Positions 53,457-63,913 of a DNA stretch of 64,000 nucleotides are shown piece after piece. Source of the stretch: Gammaproteobacteria bacterium (GTDB lineage Bacteria; Pseudomonadota; Gammaproteobacteria; Ga0077536). Positions within the stretch are counted from its first letter, which is position 1. Each line of letters begins with the position of its first letter. Under the pieces are notes generated by a model that worked only from the letters and a program-made list of their open reading frames with translations, did not search any database and had not been told where the DNA came from. The DNA is taken from contig CAXXLL010000003.1 of the NCBI GenBank assembly GCA_963662545.2, positions 1,952,001 through 2,016,000 of the forward strand, read 5' to 3'. Made by a program: the position numbers and the translations under genes.

Positions 53457-54212
53457 ATGGGCAGGTTGACCGACAGACGGGCGTTGATTACCGGCAGCAG
53501 TTCCGGGATCGGTGCAGGGCTTGCGCTTGCATTCGCCGATGAAGGCGCGCGCGTCGCAATCAATTATCCCGACGGCTCTCAGCGCGAAAACGCTTTAGCG
53601 CTGGTCGAAGCCATTGAAGCTCGGGGCGGACGCGCGGACGCGATCATGGCGGACGTTTCCCGCGAGGATCAGGTCGATGAGCTGATCGAACGCACCGTGG
53701 AACAACTGGGCGGCATCGACATTCTCGTCAATAACGCGGGCATTGTGCACACGGCGCCGGTCGAAGAGATCCCGGTCGACGTGTGGGACCGGCTGCTGGC
53801 GGTGCACCTGAGAAGCGTGTTCCTGACGACGCGTCGCGTGCTTCCGCTCATGTACACCCAGGACTCGGGCAGGATCATCAACACTGCGTCACAGCTTGCC
53901 TACAAGGGCGCCCCAGGGCTCACGCATTACACGGCCGCTAAAGGAGCGATCATTTCTTTCACGCGCTCGCTCGCGCTCGAGATCGGTACACGCAATATCA
54001 CCGCCAACTGCGTGGCGCCCGGCGCTACGAACACCCCCATCCTGGACGAAGTCCCCGACGAGCTGCTGGAGATGATCCGGGAATCGATCCCCAAGAAGCG
54101 CATCGCAGAGGTCGATGACATCGTTCCGGCGTACGTGTTCCTCGCATCCGATGAGTCGCGACACTTCCATGGCCAGTGCCTGAGCCCGAACGGGGGCGAT
54201 GTGTTTCTCTGA
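53457..54212 (+). CDS. SDR family oxidoreductase (FabG-like)
   Basis: TGSSSGIG, NNAG, YTAAK. Confidence 0.9.
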   Translation: MGRLTDRRALITGSSSGIGAGLALAFADEGARVAINYPDGSQRENALALVEAIEARGGRADAIMADVSREDQVDELIERTVEQLGGIDILVNNAGIVHTAPVEEIPVDVWDRLLAVHLRSVFLTTRRVLPLMYTQDSGRIINTASQLAYKGAPGLTHYTAAKGAIISFTRSLALEIGTRNITANCVAPGATNTPILDEVPDELLEMIRESIPKKRIAEVDDIVPAYVFLASDESRHFHGQCLSPNGGDVFL

Positions 54213-54320
54213 ATCGGCGGCCTCGAAATCCGGTATCAATTCGCCCGCAAGCGGGCCCTTCGATCAGAATGACGTGTACCGTTTCGAGCAATAAAACGTG
54301 CTGTCATTCGAAACGCCTAT

Positions 54321-55652
54321 TCAGCCATCGACAACGCCGCACCAGCGCATAGCGGCGACGGCGAGCCCTTTTGTTGCCTGGATCAATTCCTCGACGTCGA
54401 CGTGTTCGTCGACGGAATGGGCTACGAAGACGGAGCCCGGTCCGTAGATTACGCTCGGGATCCCCTGCGCATTGAGCCATGAAGCGTCGCAGACGGCGCA
54501 GAAACCATGAATTCGACCTTCTGATGAACCGACGTGGCCGGGATGCTGGCGGACGGCACTATCCGCCGCGAGCATCGTTTCCACCACCGGATGGTCGACG
54601 TCCGTCTGCGCCGGCGGCCAGTGCAGTTTCCACTCGAAGCTTGGCGGATTGCTTTTGAGCCAGGGGTCGAGCTGCGATGCCGCGAGCACGTACTCCTCAA
54701 TCTCGTGGCGCACCCGTTCCACGCTTTCCTGCGGCGGATACCAGATTGCGTACTCTATGGTGCAGAACTCCGAGAACAGGAAAGGCACCAGGATCCCTTC
54801 CGGTCCCCCCGTGATCACGCCGGGATGGATCGTAAAATGTCCGGGCTTGAACAAGGGGTGCGCTTTGCTCTGGCCCCACTGTTCTTCCAGTCGCTGCAAG
54901 GCCTGCAGCAGTATCACGCCTTTCTCGATGGCATTGACGCCGACTTCCGCGCCGAGTCCCCCGGCACGGACGAGTTCGCAGCGCATCGAACTGTGGCTGG
55001 CCTTGCCGCGCACTGTGAGCGCCATCCACAGGAGTCCCGGGGTAATCGGCACAACGTTAAGGCTGCCTGGCGGTGCGGTGGGCTCGGTCACGATGCCGGC
55101 ATCGGCACGGTGACCGCGGTGGACTACATTGGTCGTGCCGATCTCGTGATCCATCGTCTCCTCGCCGAGTACGCTCTGTAAGAGCAGATCGCCTTCAAGC
55201 TTGATCCCGCAGTCGACGATGGCCTTGGCCGCCCAGAATTGTGCCGTAAGGCCGCCTTTCATATCGCAGGTACCGCGGCCCCAGATGCGTCCTTCCTCGA
55301 TCGCGCCCGAGAGTGGACTGTTGTAGCGCCAACGTTCGGGCTGCGTGATCGGTACCGTGTCGACGTGACCATTCAATGCCAGGGATTGGCCGCCGCCCTG
55401 GCCTTTGAGTGTACCGACCAGATTGTGCCGGCGCGGCGCCGCTTCCCACAGATCGATCTCGCAGCCGATAGATTCGAAAAGCTCCGCCAGACGTTCATTA
55501 CAATCCGTCTCGCCGCCCAGCACTTCGTCGCCGTCGATACCCGGATAATTCGGGTTGACGCTTTGCTTGCGCACGAGTTCCGCGCAGGTCTCCGTGATTT
55601 TTTCCCTGTTCTTTTCTAGATAATCGAGAACTGACTGTTCATGGGTATTCAT
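54321..55652 (-). CDS. ArgE/DapE family M20 deacylase
   Basis: NGHVDTVP, GRGTCDMKGG, EE, EPT, AHSVDE. Confidence 0.9.
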   Translation of the reverse strand: MNTHEQSVLDYLEKNREKITETCAELVRKQSVNPNYPGIDGDEVLGGETDCNERLAELFESIGCEIDLWEAAPRRHNLVGTLKGQGGGQSLALNGHVDTVPITQPERWRYNSPLSGAIEEGRIWGRGTCDMKGGLTAQFWAAKAIVDCGIKLEGDLLLQSVLGEETMDHEIGTTNVVHRGHRADAGIVTEPTAPPGSLNVVPITPGLLWMALTVRGKASHSSMRCELVRAGGLGAEVGVNAIEKGVILLQALQRLEEQWGQSKAHPLFKPGHFTIHPGVITGGPEGILVPFLFSEFCTIEYAIWYPPQESVERVRHEIEEYVLAASQLDPWLKSNPPSFEWKLHWPPAQTDVDHPVVETMLAADSAVRQHPGHVGSSEGRIHGFCAVCDASWLNAQGIPSVIYGPGSVFVAHSVDEHVDVEELIQATKGLAVAAMRWCGVVDG

Positions 55653-55724
55653 TAGATTCTCCTCACCTCGCGGTTCCAGGGGGGTAGGCGCGTCGGTTCG
55701 ACGCTCGCATTATGTGCCTATGGG

Positions 55725-56864
55725 CTAGTCACTCAAAGCTTCCTCGAGGCGTTCGTATGCGCGTAGAAAATCTTCCTGGAATTCCTGCATCACCGATCGT
55801 ACGGATTGTGTTTGATTCATAAGCCCGACGCCCTGTCCGACCCAGTAGGTCGCGAGTTTCCGCGCGCCCTCGTGTCCGCTTTGCGCGAGCTTGTCGACTT
55901 TTTCTAGCGGCGGCGCCGTCAGAAAGGATTGCAGCGGCATCGGCAGCGGCGTCGGGCTGCCCGGCATTTCCCAGGCCTCGGTCCAGGGCGAACTCAGCTG
56001 GCGCGACGGTTTACCGGTGCGGCTGCGCGAGCGCACCGTGTCGCGTGAAGTCGCACGCAACATCTTTTCTTTTACCACGGGGTTTGTTTCAGCTTCGCTC
56101 GTCGTCAGCCAGACCGAGCCCGTCCATGCGCCCGCCGCCCCCATCGCCATTGCGGCTGCCATCTGCCGGCCGGTAACGATACCGCCGGCTGCCAGGACGG
56201 GCGTATTGGCATAGGGTTTAATCGCCTCGACGACTTCGGGTATCAAGACCATCGTCGACACCTCGCCACAATGTCCGCCCGCCTCGCTGCCGGCAGCGAC
56301 GAGGATATCGACGCCGGCCTCGATCTGCCGCAGCGCGTGTTCCTTCGCGCCGACCAGGGCCGCGACCGCTACGCCGTGATGCTTGCCGAGGTCTAGCATG
56401 CTTTTAGGCGGCACACCGAGCGCGTTCGCGATCAACTTGATCGGGTGAGAAAAAGCGACGTCCAGCTGTGCCTTCGCGCCGGATTCCATCATGTTTTTCC
56501 CGATATGGACGATCCCTCGCCGGGCTGCATCCATATCACCGATATCGATGCCATGCCGGCTCAGGATCTGTTCCGTGAACGCCTTGTGCTCGTCCGGTAT
56601 CGCGGCCAGCAAGCGCTCGCCGTCGAACTGCCGGTCCTTGCCTTCGATCTTCTCGGGCACGATCAAATCCACACCGTAAGGCATGCCGTCGACATGCGCG
56701 TCGATCCAGGCAAGCTCTTCTTCCAAGCGTTGCGGCGGCAGGGACACGGCGCCGAACACCCCCATGCCGCCAGCGCGGGAGACCTCGGCGACGACGTCGC
56801 GGCAGTGGCTGAAGGCAAGCAGCGGAAACTCGATACCGAGCAGGTCGCAGATGGGTGATTTCAT
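55725..56864 (-). CDS. Nitronate monooxygenase / FabK-like flavin oxidoreductase
   Basis: EAGGH, AAGGI, GA..AWTGS, GQGVG. Confidence 0.88.
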   Translation of the reverse strand: MKSPICDLLGIEFPLLAFSHCRDVVAEVSRAGGMGVFGAVSLPPQRLEEELAWIDAHVDGMPYGVDLIVPEKIEGKDRQFDGERLLAAIPDEHKAFTEQILSRHGIDIGDMDAARRGIVHIGKNMMESGAKAQLDVAFSHPIKLIANALGVPPKSMLDLGKHHGVAVAALVGAKEHALRQIEAGVDILVAAGSEAGGHCGEVSTMVLIPEVVEAIKPYANTPVLAAGGIVTGRQMAAAMAMGAAGAWTGSVWLTTSEAETNPVVKEKMLRATSRDTVRSRSRTGKPSRQLSSPWTEAWEMPGSPTPLPMPLQSFLTAPPLEKVDKLAQSGHEGARKLATYWVGQGVGLMNQTQSVRSVMQEFQEDFLRAYERLEEALSD

Positions 56865-57083
56865 GATGCTCTCCAGCCTATCTCGATTTGAGTCGAATGT
56901 TGCCGGGACCGCACGCGGAGCGGGTCATAATCATCTTAAACGACGGTGGGTGTTTGGAAAGCGGCGGTCGTCGCTAACTGTAATCCAGGCGGTCGCTATC
57001 GTCACAAATTATCGATTGCCCGGTACCAGTGAGAAGGAATGCTCGACCGGCCACTGCATTTCAAACGCTCAACGAGAATCGAC

Positions 57084-58238
57084 CTAATCGTCAGCCACAC
57101 CATATTCATTCTCAAGCGAACGCGCGATCACCACGTTCTGGATTTCCGTCGTACCGTCGACGTACTGCGCCATTTTCGCCGCCGCCAGGTGCCGCGCCAG
57201 CGGGTAATCACGCGACAGGCCGGCCGCGCCCATGGTCTGCATGCACTGTGCGATGTGGTCGAAGGCGACGCGCGTGGCGTACTTCTTGGCGTGCGCGGCG
57301 GCGAGCGTCGCGTCTTCACCCGCATCGATCATCGCCGCGGCGGCCTGAGTCAAAAGGCGCGCGGCTTCGAGGTCGGTCGCCGCGTCCGCGAGCATCCACT
57401 GGATCCCCTGGAATGCGCCGATGGCCTGCCCGAACGCGCGGCGCCGGCCCGTATAGGCGACGGCCTCGGCCAGGGATTGTTGCAACATGCCGCAGCACAT
57501 CGCGGCCACGGCGACGCGCGCGAAATCGATGCCCTGCATGGCGGCCCGGAAGGCCAGGCCCGGTGCGATCATGAGATTCGATCCGGGCACGCGGCAATCG
57601 TCGAAATCGATGCCGGTAGTACCGAGGGCGTGACTGCCGAGGAGCGCGTACGGTGCGTGTCGCGTCACGCCCGGAGACTCGGCCTCGATCAGAAAGCACG
57701 CGATCCCCTTGGCGCCCGCTCCCGGCTCGGTCTGTGCGTAGACGCTCAATAGATCCGCGTGCACGCCGTTAGTAATCCAGGCCTTGCGGCCGTTAATGAT
57801 CCAATCGGTTCCGGACTTTTCCGCGCGCGTGGTGATCGCCGATGCATCGCTGCCGACGTCGGGCTCGGTGAGCAGGAAGGCGCCGACGTTTTCGCCGCGC
57901 ATCATTCGCGCGAGCTGTGCCTCGATGAGATGCGCCGGAGCGTTGTTCGCAATGCTGCCCGCGAGGTTGTTGTGCACTAAAAGTGCAAAGGCCGATTCCA
58001 TGGACGTATGCGCCAATGTCTCGGCGACCCGCGTTACAGCCGCGGCCGACAGACCAAGCCCATCGAGCTCGCGCGGTACGACGAGCTTGCACAGACCGAG
58101 TTTCGCGGCATCGGTGAAGAACGAATCGGGTACCCGGCCGGCGGTATCCCAGGCTTCGGCATTGGGTGCCACCGTTTCCGCGCCGAAGCGGGCGGCGGCC
58201 TCGACGATTTCCTGTTCGCTGGCGTCCAAGTCACGCAT
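57084..58238 (-). CDS. Acyl-CoA dehydrogenase
   Basis: LTEPDVGSD, NGRKAWITNG, RRAFG, GAAG, DGTTEIQ. Confidence 0.9.
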   Translation of the reverse strand: MRDLDASEQEIVEAAARFGAETVAPNAEAWDTAGRVPDSFFTDAAKLGLCKLVVPRELDGLGLSAAAVTRVAETLAHTSMESAFALLVHNNLAGSIANNAPAHLIEAQLARMMRGENVGAFLLTEPDVGSDASAITTRAEKSGTDWIINGRKAWITNGVHADLLSVYAQTEPGAGAKGIACFLIEAESPGVTRHAPYALLGSHALGTTGIDFDDCRVPGSNLMIAPGLAFRAAMQGIDFARVAVAAMCCGMLQQSLAEAVAYTGRRRAFGQAIGAFQGIQWMLADAATDLEAARLLTQAAAAMIDAGEDATLAAAHAKKYATRVAFDHIAQCMQTMGAAGLSRDYPLARHLAAAKMAQYVDGTTEIQNVVIARSLENEYGVADD

Positions 58239-58411
58239 TGGCTGGCTTAATTTGCCCGGATCGTCGGCTAAAAGCTTGTTTGAAAATATCGAACGCGATT
58301 TGCTTCGCAAGCAAGCGGGTTCCTATGGCTGCCTTCTGGCAGGCGTTCGTTTGCGCGCGAATGGTGCTCGAGTGTGCAACCGATATCGTCCTGTGATTCA
58401 AAACGCCCGGT

Positions 58412-58948
58412 TCAAGCCCCGTCACGCTCCATTTGGACGGAGAGACCGGCATTGAAGCGCTTGAAATTTCTAACGTAACGTTCGGCCTGGTTTCTGATCT
58501 CCTGCACTTGTTCTTCGTTCAATTGGCGGACGACCTTGCCCGGTGACCCCACCACCAGGCTGTTGTCCGGGATTTCCTTGCCTTCGGTGATGAGTGCGTT
58601 GGCGCCAATCAGGCAGTTTTTACCGATGCGCGCGCCGTTTAATATCACCGCGTTGATGCCGATCAGGGTGTTGTCACCGACACTGCAGCCATGCACCACC
58701 GCCTTGTGTCCGACGGTGCAGTAATCGCCGATGGTCAGTGGGAATCCGAGGTCGGTGTGCAGGACGCAGCATTCCTGGACGTTCGAGTTCTCGCCGATGG
58801 TAATCAATTCGTTGTCGCCGCGCAGGACCGCGCCGAACCAGACGCCGACGTTGCTTTTGAGGCGTACGAGGCCGATCACGCTCGCGCTGTCCGCGATGAA
58901 ATGATCGCCCTCGGCGGCGACACGCTGATCTTCCAGTTGGTAGATCAC
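58412..58948 (-). CDS. Gamma carbonic anhydrase family protein (YrdA/CaiE-like)
   Basis: Hexapeptide repeats, RGD, SNVQ, VLH, GH..VHG. Confidence 0.9.
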   Translation of the reverse strand: MIYQLEDQRVAAEGDHFIADSASVIGLVRLKSNVGVWFGAVLRGDNELITIGENSNVQECCVLHTDLGFPLTIGDYCTVGHKAVVHGCSVGDNTLIGINAVILNGARIGKNCLIGANALITEGKEIPDNSLVVGSPGKVVRQLNEEQVQEIRNQAERYVRNFKRFNAGLSVQMERDGA

Positions 58949-58992
58949 CTTGTTTTCTCCGAATCTCCGGGATCGTGCGGTTTTACCGACGA

Positions 58993-59015
58993 TTCGCCCG
59001 CAAGCGGGCTCCTAC
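58993..59015 (-). repeat. GTAG-type REP
   Basis: Reverse strand reads GTAGGAGCCCGCTTGCGGGCGAA. Confidence 0.65.
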
Positions 59016-59019
59016 GCGT

Positions 59020-59724
59020 TCATTCGAGATGAATGTTGACGCGGCGGTTGTGCTTACCTTTCTTTTCGACTTTTCCGATGCGAACCTCGCCGATCTCACC
59101 AGTGCGGGCCACGTGGGTGCCGCCGCAGGGTTGCAGGTCGACCTCGCTGACCTCGACCAGCCGGACCCGGTCTTGCCCCATAGGCGGCTTGACCGACATG
59201 GTGCGGACGAGGTCCATATTATTTTCCATCTCCGCGTCCGTGATCCAGCGGTAAGCGACGGAGCGGTCGTCGGCGATCAACTGTGAGAGCGCCTGTTGTA
59301 CCGCTTCTTTGTCGAGAGGCTCGCTCATATCGAAATCGAGCCGGCCCTTGACCTGGCTGATGGAACCGCCGGTCACATCGTAGGGGATCAGGGCGCAGAG
59401 GAGATGCAGGCAGGTGTGCGTGCGCATGTGCTTGTAGCGATAGTCCCAATCGATGCTCGCCGTCACACGGTCGTCAACGGCGGGCATCGCTTGGCCGGCC
59501 GCGGGGATGTGCAGCAGTTCGCCGGCTTCATTCTTGCGCGTATCGATGATCGTGATCGCATCGTCGTCGCTCAAGGTAATGCTGCCCCGGTCTCCGGGCT
59601 GCCCGCCGCCTTCGGGGTAGAACACCGTCTGGTTGAGCACGATGCCGTCGTCGTTTACCGCCAGGATCTGGGCCTCGGTGGTCCGGGCGTAAGCGTCGTC
59701 GCGGAAGATCTCGATGGTCATCAC
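59020..59724 (-). CDS. alaX: Alanyl-tRNA editing protein AlaX
   Basis: FYPEGGGQPGD, HTCLH, CGGTH zinc ligands. Confidence 0.9.
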   Translation of the reverse strand: MMTIEIFRDDAYARTTEAQILAVNDDGIVLNQTVFYPEGGGQPGDRGSITLSDDDAITIIDTRKNEAGELLHIPAAGQAMPAVDDRVTASIDWDYRYKHMRTHTCLHLLCALIPYDVTGGSISQVKGRLDFDMSEPLDKEAVQQALSQLIADDRSVAYRWITDAEMENNMDLVRTMSVKPPMGQDRVRLVEVSEVDLQPCGGTHVARTGEIGEVRIGKVEKKGKHNRRVNIHLE

Positions 59725-59730
59725 CTGACC

Positions 59731-61141
59731 CTAGATCGGCGGTCGTGCCTCGTGCCATTCCGTGGCCGCTTCATAGGCCGCCGCCGCGCGGATAATACCG
59801 GCCTCGTCGCCGTGGCGGCCGATGAACTGCATCGCGAGCGGTAAGCCGTCATCCGTGAAGCCGTTAGGCAGGGTGAGGCTCGGGTTGCCGGCGAAGTCGG
59901 TCGGCGCGGCGAACCGGACCAGCGGCGCGATGTCCTCGACCGGTGCGACCTGCTGCGGAGGAAACTCCGACTGCGGCATCGGGGGCGAGGGCGCTGCGGG
60001 GCACACCATGACGTCGATATCGGTCAGCAGTTCGTCGAGCAGCGCGCGGGTCGTCTGGCGCTGTCGCTGCGCGCGAGCATATTCTTCAGCACTCACCTTT
60101 GCGCCGTGGTCGAGTAGCGAGCGGAACACGGGTCCGTAATCGTCGGCGCGCTTGGGGTAGAAATTCTTGTGCCCCAGCAAGGCATCGACACTGCAGGTCG
60201 CCATCCAGTGATCGGCGGCGTCGGCGAGCTCGGGCGAAGTCAGCTCGACGATTTCAGCGCCGAGCTTCGCCATTAGATCGACGGCGGCGAATAGGGCGTC
60301 CGACATCAGGGGATCGGTATCGGTGGTGGAATACGCGCGATCGATTCCAATCCGCATGCCTTTAAATGCCCTTGTCGAGCACCTGTGAGTAATCACAGAA
60401 CGGATCGGTACGCGTCGAGCCGTCGCGCGGATCGCGGCCTTCGAGCACTTGCAGCATGGCGGCGGCGTCGCCGACGGTGCGTGCCATCGGCCCGATGTGA
60501 TCGAGGGTATCGGACAGGGGAAAGACCCCGTAACGGCTTACCTTGCCGAAGGTCGCCTTGATACCGACCACGCCGCAGGCGGCGGATGGAAAGCGGATGG
60601 ATCCGCCGGTATCCGTTCCCAGACTGGCAAAGCAGAGGGAGGCGGCGGTGGCCGCGCCCGAGCCGCTCGAAGACACGCCCGACCAGTAATCGAGGTTCCA
60701 CGGATTGGCGGGTGGCTCGAAATCCGGATGGTAGCCGTAGAGCGCGAACTCGGTCAGATTCAGTTTGCCCAGGATCACCGCGCCGGCCGCGTTCAGGCGC
60801 TCAACCACGGCGGCGTCGTAATCCGGTTTGAAGTCCTTGAGGATCACTGATGCACAGGTGGTCGGAATGCCCCGGGTGTTGACAAGATCCTTGAGGGCAA
60901 TGGGCATGCCGTGCAGCGGACCGCGGTAGGTCCCCTGGATGATCTCCGCTGCGGCGCGCGTGGCCTGTTCCATGGCGAGATCAGTCGTCACCAGGAGATA
61001 GCTATGCAGCTTGCCGTCGATCTCAGCGATTCGAGCGAGCATCGCCTCGGTCAGCTCGACCGGCGATATTTCCTTGTTCTCGATACGTCCGGCGACGTCG
61101 AGGAGGGTGGATGTACAGAGTTCGTTCACCGCCATCATCAT
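59731..61141 (-). CDS. Amidase signature enzyme; apparent +1 frameshift at 60364-60366
   Basis: KDL, GVSSSGS, GTDTGGSIR; removing one T from ATTTAAAGGC (minus strand) restores GI-KGMRIG. Confidence 0.85.
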
Positions 61142-61236
61142 GCCCCCTTCATGAATTGAACGCGTGTCCGGAAAAAATTTGGTCGAGCGCCCTCGCGTTC
61201 AAACAGGTGCTAGTGCCCCTTTCAAGTCTGCTGCGG

Positions 61237-61500
61237 TCAGCCCGTCGGTTTCAGACGAAATGTGTAGAAGTAAATATTGGATTTATCGTATACCGTTGGC
61301 TCATAGCGATCATCTTCCGCGAGGTATTGACAGGTTTCGACCGTACCGTCGCGGACCATTCGTTCAAGAATGACTCGCACTTCGCGCGCCGAGGTCTCAA
61401 GCCCCCTTCCGGCGGCACGCGTCACGATTTCCGCGCTCAGGGGTTCGAAACCGATGATGCCTTCGGTGAGCCGCTCCGTGATCCAGTTGGCGATTAGCAT
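61237..61500 (-). CDS. Hypothetical protein, 87 aa (possible winged helix)
   Basis: ATG ORF co-oriented between the selenoprotein and amidase genes. Confidence 0.5.
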   Translation of the reverse strand: MLIANWITERLTEGIIGFEPLSAEIVTRAAGRGLETSAREVRVILERMVRDGTVETCQYLAEDDRYEPTVYDKSNIYFYTFRLKPTG

Positions 61501-61542
61501 ATCGTCTCAAGCCGGCCTGGTTCGTATGCCGGGGCCGATTCC

Positions 61543-61761
61543 TCAGGCACCGGGTAAAGCGTCGATCTCGGCGTCCGTCGGAAATCTGCCGAGGGCTTTC
61601 TTGGAGAATACGAGCTTGCCTTCGAGCGTGATCTCGAACACGCCGTTAGCACCCTTGATCAGGTGAACGTCGTGATCACCGAGCGCGTTGATCCTGTCTC
61701 TCGCACGGAGAGCGTTAGGCTCGTAGTTTCAAACCGCACAATATTCGATTTCGATTTTCAT
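61543..61761 (-). CDS. SelW/SelT/SelH (Rdx family) selenoprotein with CxxU motif
   Basis: MKIEIEYCAV-U(TGA 61729-61731)-NYEPNALRARDRINALGDHDVHLIKGANGVFEITLEGKLVFSKKALGRFPTDAEIDALPGA*; GGAGG RBS; hairpin just after the UGA. Confidence 0.88.
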
Positions 61762-62001
61762 GAAGCTTCGCCCTCCGGCGGCCATTGGCTCGTGATTGGA
61801 TCCATGATGCTAGTCCCGGCGGATCAAGTCCACTCCGAATGGCGGATCGATGAACGACACGCCGACGCTTGTTGAACAAACCGGAATTCCCAAGGATGTC
61901 TTGCTTTGCAAGCGGGCGTACCGAGCCACGCTTCTTCCCTTCCCAAGAGGGGTCCCCAGCCGCTATATTTGTCATCTCCGAGTTAACGAGAGTTGAGACC
62001 G

Positions 62002-62466
62002 ATGAATGATTCCGAAAAGCTGCAATGGTTATACGACGTCGAGAAGATCAAGCAACTCAAGCATCGATATTGCGCCTATTGCGACGAGAGCTACGATCCG
62101 GACGGCATCGTATCGCTGTTCGTGGAGGATGGTGTCTGGGATGGTGGACTCTTTGGTTGCTATGAAGGACGCGATGCGATTCACGGATTCTTCAGCGGCG
62201 CATCAAAGCTCATCAGCTTTGCCAATCATTACGTCACCAATCCAGTGATCGAGATCGACGGCGATACGGCGACGGGGAAATGGGACCTCTGGCAGCCGAT
62301 GGTTAGCGAACCGCAATCCCAGGCCTGTTGGCTGATGGCGAAATATCGAGATACCTATGTGAAACACGATAACGGCGAGTGGTTGTTTCAGCGACTCGTC
62401 GTTGACGCCAAGGCGTTGTCACCCTATGAAGAGGGATTCGCGAAGAAGCGGTTCATGGAAACCTAG
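62002..62466 (+). CDS. NTF2/SnoaL_4-like protein
   Basis: IKQLKHRYC..D, LF.EDGVW, H..TNPVIEIDGDTA, Y.D.Y. Confidence 0.85.
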   Translation: MNDSEKLQWLYDVEKIKQLKHRYCAYCDESYDPDGIVSLFVEDGVWDGGLFGCYEGRDAIHGFFSGASKLISFANHYVTNPVIEIDGDTATGKWDLWQPMVSEPQSQACWLMAKYRDTYVKHDNGEWLFQRLVVDAKALSPYEEGFAKKRFMET

Positions 62467-62511
62467 CGCTCGTCGTCGTAGAAGCTCGCTCGCGGGGCAA
62501 GCAAATAAAGT

Positions 62512-63747
62512 TCAACTCGAAATCAACCGCAATCGCAGCGCGTTCAAAAGACTGATCACGCTGTATTGCCGGACGCGCTCGCGATCGCCCGGTAGGCGGA
62601 CCTGCTCGACTATGACCTCGTCGTTGACGGCAATACCGAGATAGGTTGTACCGGGCGCATCCTGTTTCGAATCACCGAGGTCATGCTGGCCGGTGGTCGA
62701 CAGACCGACATCGGTGCCGAATGCGTTGCGTACCGCCGCCGCCAGGGTACCGGCGGCTTCCGCCGTGCCGATGGTCGAGGCCGGGACGCCCAGGATTGCC
62801 TGTCGCGCGGTGCCCGCGGCCGGAACAACGCTCCCGCGAAATACCTCTCCTGCGCCGTCGATAGCCGACAGTCGCGCGCTCGCGATTCCACCGCTCGTGA
62901 TCTCGGCCAAGGCCAGGCTTTGGCCTCGCGATCGCAGGATATCGAGCACGACCGATTCCATCGTTTGTTCGTCGATGCCGAAAACGCAGTTTCCGAGTAC
63001 GCTGCGCACGCGCGCTTCCTCCTCGGCAATGAGCTTAGCCACTGCCTCTTCGTCATCGGCCTTCGCCGTGATGCGTACCTTGATGCCTTCGATGCCGCTC
63101 GCCTGGAAAGCGAGCGTCGGATTCCCGGATTCGTCGAGCGCGGTGATGCGCTCGGACAGGAGTTCCGCAAGGCGCGACTCGCTGTGTCCCCAGGTTCTGA
63201 GTACGCGGCTTTTGATCACGGCGCTCAGGCCTGCGCGCCGTTTCAGATCCGCCAAGATGGTCCCTCTCATCATGATCCGCATTTCGTGAGGCACACCGGG
63301 GACGGCATAGATCACTTTGTCGCCCATCGGGCAGACGAGCCCCGGCGCCGTGCCCGGCTGCTCCGGGATCGCGCTCGCGCCTTCGGGTACATCCGCCTGG
63401 CGCAGGTTATTGGCCGGCATGCTGCGGCCCCGGGATTCGAAGATCTGACGGATACGATCGGCGATCACGGGCTGGTGGACGAGCTGCACCCCCATGACTT
63501 CGCAAATCGCTTCGCGTGTGATGTCGTCCTGGGTCGGTCCGAGACCGCCGCAAGTGATCACCGCATCACTGCGGGCCAGCGCCTGGCGGATACTCTCGAC
63601 CATGCGCTCCAGGTTGTCGCCGACTTTTGTCTGGTAATGGGAATCGATACCGGCTAAGGCCAGTTCGGCCCCGATCCAGGACGAATTGGTATCGGTGATC
63701 TGGCCGAGCAGAAGTTCGGTACCGATCGCGACCACTTCACAGCGCAT
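62512..63747 (-). CDS. cinA: Competence/damage-inducible protein CinA
   Basis: IGTELLLG..DTN, GGLGPTQDDIT, GTAPG, PGVP.EM; C-terminal PncC-like domain. Confidence 0.9.
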   Translation of the reverse strand: MRCEVVAIGTELLLGQITDTNSSWIGAELALAGIDSHYQTKVGDNLERMVESIRQALARSDAVITCGGLGPTQDDITREAICEVMGVQLVHQPVIADRIRQIFESRGRSMPANNLRQADVPEGASAIPEQPGTAPGLVCPMGDKVIYAVPGVPHEMRIMMRGTILADLKRRAGLSAVIKSRVLRTWGHSESRLAELLSERITALDESGNPTLAFQASGIEGIKVRITAKADDEEAVAKLIAEEEARVRSVLGNCVFGIDEQTMESVVLDILRSRGQSLALAEITSGGIASARLSAIDGAGEVFRGSVVPAAGTARQAILGVPASTIGTAEAAGTLAAAVRNAFGTDVGLSTTGQHDLGDSKQDAPGTTYLGIAVNDEVIVEQVRLPGDRERVRQYSVISLLNALRLRLISS

Positions 63748-63913
63748 GCGCTCATTTCCTTTTTCGTGCTCCGCCGGACGGGTCAGTTTAACGGTTCGGC
63801 CAGACGCTTGCCTCTGGGATTATGGGCGCGAACGAGACCTCTTCGGGTGAACGAATGGCGCTGTATCGATTCCAATCACAACAGGGACTGATGCTCTCCG
63901 TATACTGACCGAC

